Shown here in pieces: positions 51,601 to 60,195 of a DNA stretch of 64,000 nt. The stretch is from Epithemia pelagica (lineage: Eukaryota > Protista > Bacillariophyta). Position 1 is the stretch's first letter. Every line of letters begins with the position of its first letter. The position numbers were made by a program, and so were the translations under genes. Under the pieces are notes generated by a model, which worked only from the letters and a program-made list of their open reading frames with translations, made no database searches and was not told where the DNA came from. Location: NCBI GenBank assembly GCA_946965045.2, contig OX337228.1, positions 310,001 through 374,000 on the forward strand, given 5' to 3'.

Positions 51601-54092
51601 TTCTTCGCGAGAGCGGACAGGGCAGCGATGTTCCTCTGAAACTTCTTGGAAAAGAGCTTCATCTCTTTGGGCTTGCTGGAATCGCCCTTGCCCGTGCGAC
51701 TCTCCCGCATTTCCTTCAACTTCTTGCGCTGGGCGTGAGAAAGCTTCTGATATTCGTCTTTCTTATAATATCGGTCTTCTACGCCGACACTAGCTTTTCC
51801 CCCAGACTTAGTCTTACCAGAATTAGAATCAGTCTTGGTACTGATACTCGATACTTGAGACTGACTAGCCGATGGGCGCTGTGCTAAGAAATCCTTAAAC
51901 AAGGAGACGGCACGGGTGAAATCGGCTTGTAGGGAATCATCCGACATGATTCGCGTCTTCACCGCTTGAAATTGGTCGGTCTTGATTCCGTCCATCAGAT
52001 GCCGAACCTTAGAACGGTCATCGATACCAGGATGTACGCCCTGCTGGCGTAACCCTTCTAAGATCGCGTGCTGATTCACGTGAATCTTACAGTATTTCTC
52101 GAAGTTGAACCGCTTATGTTCACCGTTGTAACTCGTGTTCATAAGTTTCCGTTCAGCTTCGTTGGCCAAATTGTTCGCGTTGTTCGGCCCTAAGTAGTGG
52201 TCAAACAAGGCTTGATAAGCCGCTCGCCCGTCGCGATTTCGGCTCGCCTTGCGGATGTAGGTAGAACAATCCATCCGTTCACACATAGCGGACAAGCGGA
52301 TCCAAACCTTGGCCCGATCCTGCAAGTACTGACGGGTAAAGCCGTCGTTCGGTCCGTTTCCAACACGGTGACGAGCGCGTGCGATCATCTCAGCCTCGTC
52401 GGACTCAAATCCACCTTGCGGGTCAGCTCCGGGGAATTCGTCCGTCCGTATCACATACGCCAAAGGTATACCGGACGTGCCTCGGCACTCGGCGAAATAC
52501 TCCTTAATCAACTCGATGTTCCGCGGCCAATCACGATTGTCGAGCTCGGGTGCTTCCGGATCATCGTGCATGGTCTCATATTCTTTGAGGTCTCGCATAG
52601 GGCGAATGTTCGCCATCGTCAAATCGTTCGGTGTGGTGGCCCGATCGATGCGGATACGGTGGCGGACAAAATAACATGCCAACTTGAGATTCGTCTCGGC
52701 TAGGATAGAAACTTCAAAGCCTGGATTAGGGACAGGCGGCGGAGCTGCCACTCCTGCCGCAGCGGCGGGAGGAGCTTGGACACCACCAGGGCGACGGACG
52801 GCCTTGCAGAGGTTGGTGACGCCGTCGTCGTCCAAGTCGCGGAGATCTTCGATCGAGGAGAGTCCTTGGCGGTCCACAAGGTATTGGGATGCCGGGTTGG
52901 AAAACTGGAGGCGGATGAACGCCTGACGCATTGCAGCTGGAGCGGCCATGGTAATCAAAACGACAATCAACTCTTAACTTCTTGAAACACTTCCTCAAAA
53001 ATGAGGTTTCCAAGACGAGTTTTGTCATGATTTTAATCCATTACCTACGTAGAACCACTACTGGCTTGCACACAATCCTTGATTGTTGCTCAAAATCGGT
53101 CGTGCCAGACCCAACCCACATGATCTTTGGCCCTAATTGGCTAGATCCACATAGGGGCCCGGAAAAGTCTTTTCGTCGGTTCCACAAGACACCCGAACCA
53201 CGTCTAGGTATATTTTTTTCTGCAGTGGAAGGCCTCACATGGAGCTAAGCTCATGTGCTCTCGGCCAGAGGGATAACAAACCGCAAAATGTGAGACAAGT
53301 CCCAAACGGTTGCGATGCGACACTGTACTTATTCCAAAATTCAGCACTGTGCAACAATGAGTACCCCCCCTCCGTTGAGAAGGCTGTTTCGGACACATGC
53401 CCCCATTTCATCCACATGAAGACTGGTCCCAGGAATATTCTCCGGACCATTTCCCAGGGTAAAATGCGAATCACACATATAACTGGTTTTGGGATGCGTT
53501 CTGATTTCGAATTCCGCAACCATGGCGGATCTGGTTCACTGGGATGGATCCAGTAGGGAAGACCGTCGCCTTTCCCCCAATCTGCGCACCTTTTCGCAGA
53601 CAACGGTAGCGCCAAACAATAGTAACGTACCATTATCATTGTGCCTGCACGAGCCCATTCACAGGTGCAATAGGTCAACCAATGATCCCCGACAGTTGGG
53701 TTATTTCTGTCGGTTTGCCTTATAGGCTTGGGGCGTTACGCCAACGGTCGCAGCCATCTGTCCAGGCATTGGACCGTCTACTTCCATGTTATCGATCAGT
53801 TTGGGTCTGATAAACTAAGAAAACCCGTCCGTTGGACACACGGAGCACCGTCATGGGTGCACGGGTACAAAAGTCATTCCAAACAAAGAAGTGAACTAAA
53901 ATATAGGTTACAGAGTCACTACTCCCTATCTTCTCGATTTTCATACGTACGACAGGCATACTTTCTTACTCCCACGATTGCAGCTGCTTCGGCTCCTAGC
54001 GGTGCTGGTCCTCCGCCTCCGCCTCCGCCTACTGGTGGTGCTCCATCACCACCGCCACCTCCTGGTGCAGGAGCGCCGTCTCCGCCGTCCAT
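45696..54092 (-). CDS. gag: Outer copia Gag, interrupted by the inner element (54092-53969 joined to 47080-45696)
   Basis: The rejoined length is 1509 bp, 502 aa (MDGGDGAPAPGGGG...AIVG|ALGAATQAIQQ...WYWC...WRTHKPSEC...DSDYDS*). Confidence 0.9.
47367..51440 (-). CDS. pol: Inner copia Pol
   Basis: Motifs LDSHADTC (PR), FTDTMF...MDG...AESAIRELK (INT), KARFVAGG...LYGLKSAG...YVDD (RT) and YVDSDHAG...EFVA...DN...KKSNSI (RH). Confidence 0.95.
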   Translation of the reverse strand, partial: AVVRSVRVGAVDTSDEGESRTELDSHADTCVVGRSAMVVQDYGRPVDVKGYDSSQGVVHKSCKTISAALAYDCPDTGEVLILLVNQAIYIPSLTHNLLCPMQLWMNDVQVSDQPKFLTDNPDNKTHALVLSDQDDEDFVIPLDLCGVTSYFPTRTPTSDEYASCRRFDLTSPDPPWDPQNDSFARDEMSARAALQRSISTVRSRGPNDNDPFTTLLSDSRPSETACFATALQARVATLSVTQTTPSGKAIDAKTLARRWGCGLERAADTLRVTTQRGLRTTLNPLTKRFTTNDRFHRYRPLPHPLFTDTMFSKVKSRLGNTCAQVFTARNGWTRAYPLASKGDAHEALSLLLQREGRPPELIMDGAAEQVKGKFRKKSREAGCRVKQLEPYTPWANAAESAIRELKRGTGRKMVSTKSPKVLWDHCLELEAYIRSATCHSNFELSGQVPETAMHGETFDISLLAGYGWYDWVYYYDSAANYPEDKEKLGRYLGPATDMGPAHAIKILAESGMIKIRSTYRHLTDDEIRDPTEIEKRKDYTSKVNEKLGGVAKVEDYDGLVDVETPTYEAYEDDDDPKPPIAPDIDDITPDTYDNYVGADVLLPKGDVMVTGKVKRRSKTSDGRLKGTSSHNPILDSRVYVVEFPDGETSEYAANVIAENMYAQCDAEGNQFLLLDSIVDHRKTKAAVDHDNRHVVVRGRKHKKKTTKGWELCVQWRDGSTSWERLAGLKESNPIEVAEYAVAKQIENEPAFDWWVNKFLRRRDRILAAVNSRYHKRTHKFGIEIPKTVAEAYELDRRNGNDLWRKAIEKEMEAVRVAFKLMEDDEKPAPGFQEIRCHMVFDVKMEDFRRKARFVAGGHTTEAPATLTYASVVSRESVRIALTIAALNDLEVKSSDIKNAYLTAPNSEKIWTVLGPEFGSNAGKRAYIVRALYGLKSAGASFRNHLASCMRTLGYDPCLGADRDLWMKPMTRPSDGHKYYAYVLLYVDDVLAISHDATAMLHELDHFFPMKPGSIGNPDMYLGGKLKPMTMPNSVVSWAISSSKHVQEAVSNVETYLERECGGRKLAKRAATPFPPEYDPVLDVTDQLNDDEVSFYQSQIGVLRWMVELGRVDIMTETSLLASQVASPRQGHLEAVFHMYSYLKIKHNARMAFDPTYPEIDLREFREDCDWKEFYGDVKEAVPPNAPKARGKEVDLRLYVDSDHAGDKMVRRSRTGFFIFMNMAPIMWYTKRQATIETSVFGAEFVAMKTGMEAVRGLRYKLRMMGVPLSGPTYVYGDNMSVIHNTSKPESSLKKKSNSICYHAVREAVAMGELLTTHIPTQHNPADLATKVIPGGQKRNHLLGLVLWDITDDHGSPE
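51441..52949 (-). CDS. gag: Inner copia Gag
   Basis: ORF from MAAPAAMRQAF, ~500 aa, with GIPLAYVIR, GRAAY..L..HYLG and LMDGIK motifs. It ends in TGA directly in frame with pol. Confidence 0.9.
   Translation of the reverse strand: MAAPAAMRQAFIRLQFSNPASQYLVDRQGLSSIEDLRDLDDDGVTNLCKAVRRPGGVQAPPAAAAGVAAPPPVPNPGFEVSILAETNLKLACYFVRHRIRIDRATTPNDLTMANIRPMRDLKEYETMHDDPEAPELDNRDWPRNIELIKEYFAECRGTSGIPLAYVIRTDEFPGADPQGGFESDEAEMIARARHRVGNGPNDGFTRQYLQDRAKVWIRLSAMCERMDCSTYIRKASRNRDGRAAYQALFDHYLGPNNANNLANEAERKLMNTSYNGEHKRFNFEKYCKIHVNQHAILEGLRQQGVHPGIDDRSKVRHLMDGIKTDQFQAVKTRIMSDDSLQADFTRAVSLFKDFLAQRPSASQSQVSSISTKTDSNSGKTKSGGKASVGVEDRYYKKDEYQKLSHAQRKKLKEMRESRTGKGDSSKPKEMKLFSKKFQRNIAALSALAKNSMSLPPLRDPSRASGNDSSSDSSDDDAKPAGKRKPESNRDNPALTRQKKSRK
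53802..53815 (-). promoter_or_regulatory. Primer-binding site of the inner copia (GTTTATCAGACCCA)
   Basis: Abuts the 5' LTR. Its complement TGGGT-CTGATAA-AC has tRNA anticodon-arm geometry (nt 27-40). Confidence 0.7.
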
Positions 54093-54157
54093 TCTTGCTT
54101 GCCTGCGAGTCCGTATCTTGTAATACTCTTGTAGTTCCCTTCAAATCCTGGTTTCGT

Positions 54158-54173
54158 TAGCGCAGAGGAAGCG
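54158..54173 (-). promoter_or_regulatory. Primer-binding site of the outer copia (CGCTTCCTCTGCGCTA)
   Basis: Abuts the 5' LTR. Its complement TAGCGCAGAGGAAGCG matches the conserved eukaryotic tRNA-iMet D-arm (TGGCGCAGNGGAAGCG). Confidence 0.7.
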
Positions 54174-54771
54174 TGTTGAAATCCAACTGTCGTCCCCGTA
54201 TAGTTGGATGGGCTAAAAGAGATGAAATTAAAAGGGGAAAAGAGTATTATAACGTTACGTTGACGGTGTCCCTAGACGATGTGTTGGTGAGTGATTGGTA
54301 GGGTACGTCAGGCGGAAAGTGCCCTTGATGACGTGTGCGTCCGGGGGATGTCCCCGAAGCACCGGGTGACCCAATATCTTCACAAGAACGGGCCCAACCT
54401 CCTGATACAACCACGCATGATCCAACTCGAGCCACAGCATGCCCCCAACGAGACTCACTGGGCCTCTACTGTAAGTCATAAACTTAAAAAACCATAAATC
54501 TTACATTTATGTCTGGAAGATACGCTATAAGTATAAGATGGCGAGTGGTACTGTAATTCGTAAAACCTAACCAGTGTGATTTGCTCGACAATCCAACGCA
54601 CGTTATATGATATTCGCAACTATATATGTACATTGGCCCGTCCCGCCATTTCCCCCCAATGAGACTCCCTCCACCTCGACATTTGCATTTCCACTTCGAG
54701 ACGCCTTTCGTATTCCTCCTTCCGTCTGTCTAACCTATAGTCAATAGTCATACCTGCACCTTCGTTGCACC

Positions 54772-55950
54772 ATGGATGAAAATGACACAGCGCTGATCCT
54801 TCTTCTCCTACAGGAGAAGAAGAAAAAGCGCCTTCGTCGTCTTATCGAACGACAGCGTCTTCGCAATCGTTCGGGAGGGATTAGTCGTGCAGCTCTGCTT
54901 CATCCAAAGTACTCTTCGTTCATGAAGCTGTATAATAGCGGCAACGACCCCTCGTTAATAGCTTTGTGTGGGTTTGATCATGCGTCGTTCAATAGTTTGC
55001 TAGAAATATTTACTCCATTGTTTCTCCAGTGGAGTCCCTATCCACAGAAGGCTAATGGCAAATTCCACATGAGACGCGTCCGACAGACTGGGAGGACAGG
55101 ACGCAAACGACAAGTTACTGCAACGATATGTCTAGGATTAGTCCTCGCGTGGACGCGTACTCGGGGTTCAACAGTGCCCTTACAGATCATCTTTGGGCTA
55201 ACTGCTAACCCAGTTTCCGTTTGGTTGCGCTTCGGACGTCGTCTTCTCGTGAAGATTCTGCAGGACCACCCAGATGCAGAGATCAGACTACCTACGAAAG
55301 CTGAAGTTGCGAGCTTCAAGGAGGTAATAAGCGCTAAGTATCCGGTCCTCAAGAATGTGTGGGGAGCGATGGATGGACTGAAAGTCCTCATCGAAGCCAA
55401 CCCCGATGTCGAGAATATTTTTTATAATGGGTGGAAATGCGATCATTATATTTCTAACCTTTTCGTTTTTTCTCCCGACGGAAAGATCCGGGCGTGTTAC
55501 ATCAACGCGCCCGGATCATGGCACGATTCCACCCTTGCCCACTATTCGAAGACATACGAGAAGTTGGACTTGATACATAACCGAGAACAACGACGTGGTG
55601 GCGGACGGGTTGTGGTTGACTCTGCATTTGGGTCGGAGTCTCGTCCGAGCCTTTTGAAGTCTCACCAGAACAATCTGGACAGGCAAGGTCGAGTCAGAAA
55701 CACAAGGGAGATGCACAAGGCCGCCACTTCGGTCAGGCAACTGTCAGAGTGGGGGATGAGAGGCTTGCAAGCCTCCTTCCCTCGCTTAAAGGATCGAATC
55801 AAGTACGAAGAGTTTGGGGAAAGGAAAATTTTCATCTCGCTAATAGTCCTTTTATACAACTACAGGGCTTCGTGTGTGGGCTTCAACCAGATTCGAACTA
55901 CTTTTTATCCGTCTCTATTTCTTACGAGCCAACATGGGTATCAATTGTAG
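54772..55950 (+). CDS. Harbinger DDE transposase (DDE_Tnp_4-like)
   Basis: Catalytic-type motifs GAMDG, PGSWHDS, VVDSAF and SEWGMRGL. 392 aa. Confidence 0.92.
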   Translation: MDENDTALILLLLQEKKKKRLRRLIERQRLRNRSGGISRAALLHPKYSSFMKLYNSGNDPSLIALCGFDHASFNSLLEIFTPLFLQWSPYPQKANGKFHMRRVRQTGRTGRKRQVTATICLGLVLAWTRTRGSTVPLQIIFGLTANPVSVWLRFGRRLLVKILQDHPDAEIRLPTKAEVASFKEVISAKYPVLKNVWGAMDGLKVLIEANPDVENIFYNGWKCDHYISNLFVFSPDGKIRACYINAPGSWHDSTLAHYSKTYEKLDLIHNREQRRGGGRVVVDSAFGSESRPSLLKSHQNNLDRQGRVRNTREMHKAATSVRQLSEWGMRGLQASFPRLKDRIKYEEFGERKIFISLIVLLYNYRASCVGFNQIRTTFYPSLFLTSQHGYQL

Positions 55951-55969
55951 TACTACTATAATCATTAAT

Positions 55970-57274
55970 CTAATCTTCATGTTCTTCCATGTTCTTGTCG
56001 TTGTATGTATCGTCGCTCGTAGTCGTAGTGTGGTCTTCGTGGGTTGCTGGTTTTGCCGTACTGTTTTGTGGTTGGACCAGTTCGTGTTGGAGCTGCTGTG
56101 GTTGGAACTGTTGTTGTTGGAACTGTTGTCCCCTGGGCGCCAGCAGCATCAGCATGTTGGTCTGCTGCTGCATCATCATCTGAAACATTGATTGTTGCAT
56201 CGCCAATGCCTGCTGTGCACGTGCGTCCTCTCTTTCTCGTCGCTCGTCTTCTTTCTCTCGACGAAAGGCCCTTTCCTTTTCGTCGGCTTCTTGGCGTTGT
56301 TGTTGTGATACCATCATGTATTTCATAATGGCATCAGTTCCGTCTTCCTTCTCCGTTGCATGTTTGCGACGCTTCTTCGTAGCCGAGCGAAGTGGCTTCG
56401 ACAGACTTGTTCTCGGTGTCTCGAGTTTGTCTTGTTTGTCTTGTTTTTCTCCATGGTTGTCTTCTTCCTCTTCATCATCATCTTCTCCATAGTCAGTATC
56501 TCCGTCTTGTAGGCTCTCGTCTGTAGACAAGGAGTCGAACCCCAAGTCTCTCTTGCCTGGCCTTTCTCCCACGTCGCAGCGTTGTTGTATTTCGATTAAA
56601 ATACGCTTCGCTGCCTTGACTTCCTTTGGACAGTCAGGGTCTCCTGTGGGGATCTTCCTCCCATGAAGCGCTCCAAAACGGCGCTTCAGTGATTCCCGGT
56701 CTCTCATGCGGTCAGGGTCGTTGAAGTGTTCGTTGTATGCTTCGGTGACCCTGTCCCAATCGTGTTGCCCAGCAGGTTCGACCGCCGAAATGATGTCCAG
56801 AAGGTACCAAGTCTCGTCCTCTGTGAAGTTTCTCCCTCGAACTCGACCTGGTCCTCCATTCCCCTTTGTTGTTTTGGGTGCTTTTCCTTTGTTTCCTTTG
56901 GTTGTTGTGTTAGACGTTGTTGTTGTTGTTTTATTGGAGGCTTTAGGAGGAAGGGTGGGCGACGTCTTGTTTTTCTTTTTCGGTGGTGCTTTCTTCTGTT
57001 GCTTCTGTTCTTCCTTGAGTCGCTGGAGGCGGAGTCGAGGTGACTCACGCCGTACAGGTGGAACGCTTGTAGTTGCTTTGGAGGAGGGAGGGATGTTGGA
57101 CTTCGTTACATTCAATTGAATGGACAAGTCCTGGGGTCCCTGAGTGATGGCTTGAGGTGGCGTTGGGACCTGGGTTGGCTCATCTTCCTCTGAGCTGGAG
57201 TCATCGTTTCGGGCCAACCTGGCCTCAATTTCAGCAAAGGCTTTCTCCATCTCATTTCCGAGATTGTTGGCCAT
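55970..57274 (-). CDS. Harbinger Myb/SANT-like DNA-binding protein
   Basis: RGRNFTEDETWYLLDII...WDRVTEAYN...RDRESLKRRF, followed by acidic and coiled-coil/Q-rich regions. 434 aa. Confidence 0.85.
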   Translation of the reverse strand: MANNLGNEMEKAFAEIEARLARNDDSSSEEDEPTQVPTPPQAITQGPQDLSIQLNVTKSNIPPSSKATTSVPPVRRESPRLRLQRLKEEQKQQKKAPPKKKNKTSPTLPPKASNKTTTTTSNTTTKGNKGKAPKTTKGNGGPGRVRGRNFTEDETWYLLDIISAVEPAGQHDWDRVTEAYNEHFNDPDRMRDRESLKRRFGALHGRKIPTGDPDCPKEVKAAKRILIEIQQRCDVGERPGKRDLGFDSLSTDESLQDGDTDYGEDDDEEEEDNHGEKQDKQDKLETPRTSLSKPLRSATKKRRKHATEKEDGTDAIMKYMMVSQQQRQEADEKERAFRREKEDERREREDARAQQALAMQQSMFQMMMQQQTNMLMLLAPRGQQFQQQQFQPQQLQHELVQPQNSTAKPATHEDHTTTTSDDTYNDKNMEEHED

Positions 57275-59629
57275 GGTCAGGACGCGGGTGAAAGGACAAG
57301 AAGAGAGAGGAAGAGAGAGGGCGCAGGTGAAAGGCCAAGGAGAGAGAAGACGAGGAGCGGTAGAGGTAGAGAACGAGAGGAGCTTTTTCCTTCCTCTATG
57401 GGGGGTGATATATCATATACATGTATGGACATATATATATATACGGACTGAGAATAGGTTTATGTCGAGAGTTCATGAGCCGGGGCCTACCCTCGGACAA
57501 ATTTCGTCTTAAATTGATGTGTAATTCTCAACCGACAGGTTATGGGCCCAAGTTTAGGGGCGGTTTTATTCTAGGATTTGGGGGTTATGACTTACAGTAG
57601 AGTTCCACTCAAAGCCAAGTCCTCATGTATCTTCCATTCCAAAGAAGGCTGGGACACCGATGTTGCGTTGTTTCTTATCTCTAAACGACGTGAAGCACTC
57701 AATTTCAAGTACTCGGCTGATTTCAAGCCTTCTTCTTCTAAGTCGCCAGATAGACCACCACCAACATAAATGCAAGAACCAATCACCGTCATTCCGAAAA
57801 ATTGACGAGGCACATTCAGGGGTGGTCCAAAACAGACAGTTGGTTGATTATTTTGGTGACTGTCAATTATCTCCACCGATCTCAACGTTGCTTGAAGAGC
57901 CGTTCCACGTCCACCAACCACAACAATGTACCTGTTGTGAATCGCGGCAGCGGAACAAGTGACTCTTTCATGTGACAATCGGCAAGTCAGTGTCTTCCAT
58001 TGGTTCTCCTTATTAAGTTTCTTGAGTGAGAGCAGGTCAATGATATCAATCCGTTCAATGGTATTCTGGTAGACATGGCGGTCATTTCGTCCACCAATGG
58101 CGTACACGCTGCCGTTGCAGACTACCGCAGCATGGAAGGATCTCGTTTCATTCATAGCTGGCCCTTCGATCCACTTTCTGCAGTTAGATTGCTGAGCAGC
58201 ATTCAGAAGGAACACTGAATTGGTTGCGGACTCTTCATCTTTTTTCCCTCCCAATACCCCCACAATTTGTTCGTTGATATTGTGTGGAGGATGCACGACA
58301 ACAGAGGCGTGCCCACACCGCTCAAAGAGAGGCAAATCTTGGTCATTTCTGGTCCACGATGCTGGTTCTTCTGGGTCATTGTCCAACACAAGGCCAGACA
58401 AGCACTCTCGGTCTTTCACATCCATTCTGTAGTCCAACTTGTAGTCAAGAATGGTGTTTTTGTGGTGGCTCGACCGACAGCTTCCCTCCAAAGTCCGACT
58501 GTGGACGGGTCTCCACGTTCAACGATCCACGCGCTTGTCTGCACGTTGCTACTTGAGTGGTTCCTGTCAATCATTGTCGAACATGCTGACAGGCCGTGTA
58601 CAAACGCGGTTGGTCGTTTCCTTGGCAGGATGATCGATCGATCGATGCGTGGTGCTCTGTTGCTTCTCTGTGGAATGTGTCTCAAGGTTCTACATCTCCA
58701 GATCCAGCTGACTCCACATTCCACACAGACAGTCGGACCTCATCAGCATCTCCACGTTTCTCGCTTTCCCCTCGCACCTTTTGTTGCTGCAAATGTGGCG
58801 ATGGTGTGGCGTTTTGTTTGCGTCGACGGGCGCGAACGACATAAGAAAAAACTTGCAGCGCTCTCTCATCCCTGGCCGAGCAAAAAGCATCATCAGCCAA
58901 AGACTCTGCAATCAGGCAGTGTCTGTCATTTGGAAGAATCCCTTGCAGAATGGGCAATGGGCTTGTGCTTTTCGTAAGATCGGGTTTCCTGGAGGGTTGT
59001 CACGTTCGAGAAGGCGTTGCAGGCTGTATTGATGGATCCATAAAGAGAGTTTGAAGCCTTGAGTTCAGGGTTGTGCTTGGCAACTTCATTCATGAAACGA
59101 GTCAAGGCAACAAGGATTCCACGAGAGAAACAAGAGACCAGGTGTGCCGGTGATTGCAACAGATCACGTACGACCACCTGCCGATGGAAGAGTGGCTCAA
59201 TTTGGTCAAGTTGTATGAGATAATACCCACGAGCATTACTGGAATGCCTTGACTGGCCGTCCGATTTGCCTCTACACCAGTCAAACACACAACCACAACT
59301 AACTGCTACCACCAATCCTCCTTCTCATGGCGGGAAACCGTCACCACCACCACCAATGTCGGCAGCACCACCAGACCAATCCCTTGTGTCGTCCCATATA
59401 GAACAAACACCTCCTCCGCTTTCATCTCGTCTTCCAGTCGAGTACCAACAACTTCATGAACTTCCACTCGAATCTACTACCTAGTACAACGACACATGAA
59501 GCGAGGAGAGCCAGTGCGGTGTGTACGTTTTGTATAGTATCTGACGCATAAGCAAGAGATCCAGACAATGCCAGCCGAGGTCATGGCCACATCATTCTGG
59601 AGACAACATTGGATTAAAAAGGAACAACA

Positions 59630-59915
59630 ACAAAGCATGACACAAAACTGGACAACGATTCACATTCTCCATCCTCCGTTCCTGTTGGGGCGACGAGACA
59701 CTCCTTCACACAGTGTGGTGGCTGATTTCTCACACAGTGCCACCATTACGAGCACGGCCAGGCATATGATGCACATGCCTGGATTCCCATGCAGCTGACA
59801 TTCTCCTCACCCCTCACCGAATCGTCGCCCGTACCATGACCATCATCCTTGTCCACGGCGATTGACGCACCGCGGCTGGTACAATCAGCCGCCGACCGAG
59901 CTGCCTTGTTGTTGT
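59630..59915 (+). pseudogene. Degenerate N-terminal/stalk fragment of the glycosyltransferase-like gene
   Basis: Resembles HDTKL..DS, YDA..WIP and DAP.LVQSAADRAALL segments, with frameshifts. Confidence 0.65.
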
Positions 59916-60195
59916 AATCCTAAAGCGATGACATCAAGAAAAGCAACTATATTACTGCAGGCTGCTGCTGCCGACACCAAAACAATCTCTTTCTTCTTCT
60001 TCTCTTGGAGAACAATCCTGCCTCTTTTACCGTGTTAGTCATGAATTGTAGATTCATGGACACCACAAAAACCTAAGGAACAAGTCACCACGTCATGGGG
60101 TCCATAATTGCCATAACACAGTTAGTAACTCGATGTACCTATGATACAATAACGTAAGTTTTCCATTGACATAAATACCAGTCGATCCAGTCAGT

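Larger units (their letters stand above)
47085..53968 (-). mobile_element. Ty1/copia (CoDi-like) LTR retrotransposon, inner element nested in the outer gag
   Basis: 153-bp LTRs at 47085-47237 and 53816-53968 differ at 1 nt. Termini are TAAGAAA...TTTCTTA. TSD CTCC at 47081-47084 and 53969-53972. PPT GAGGGGAC. Confidence 0.96.
41059..54384 (-). mobile_element. Ty1/copia (CoDi-like) LTR retrotransposon, outer element
   Basis: Identical 211-bp TG...CA LTRs at 41059-41269 and 54174-54384. TSD AGAACG at 41053-41058 and 54385-54390. PPT GAGAGGGAG abuts the 3' LTR. Domain order is PR-INT-RT-RH. Confidence 0.97.
54460..57606. mobile_element. Autonomous PIF/Harbinger DNA transposon, 3147 bp
   Basis: 22-bp TIRs GG(GC/AA)CTCTACTGTAAGTCATAA (20/22 match). 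3-bp TSD ACT at 54457-54459 and 57607-57609. Two convergent ORFs. Confidence 0.95.
40801..58425 (-). pseudogene. Kelch-repeat K7 interrupted by three transposons. Pieces are 58425-57607, 54456-54385 and 41052-40801.
   Basis: Joining the pieces with one copy of each TSD gives 1143 bp, an open 380-aa ORF (...HEDLALS|ESRWGHAVARVGSCVVVSGGWARS|CLQSVLRSVEVLDTK...CLKEM*). Confidence 0.92.

Noticed and set aside
53728-54123. 131-aa Pro-rich plus-strand ORF
   Set aside because: It is antisense to the inner LTR and the Gly-rich start of the outer gag.
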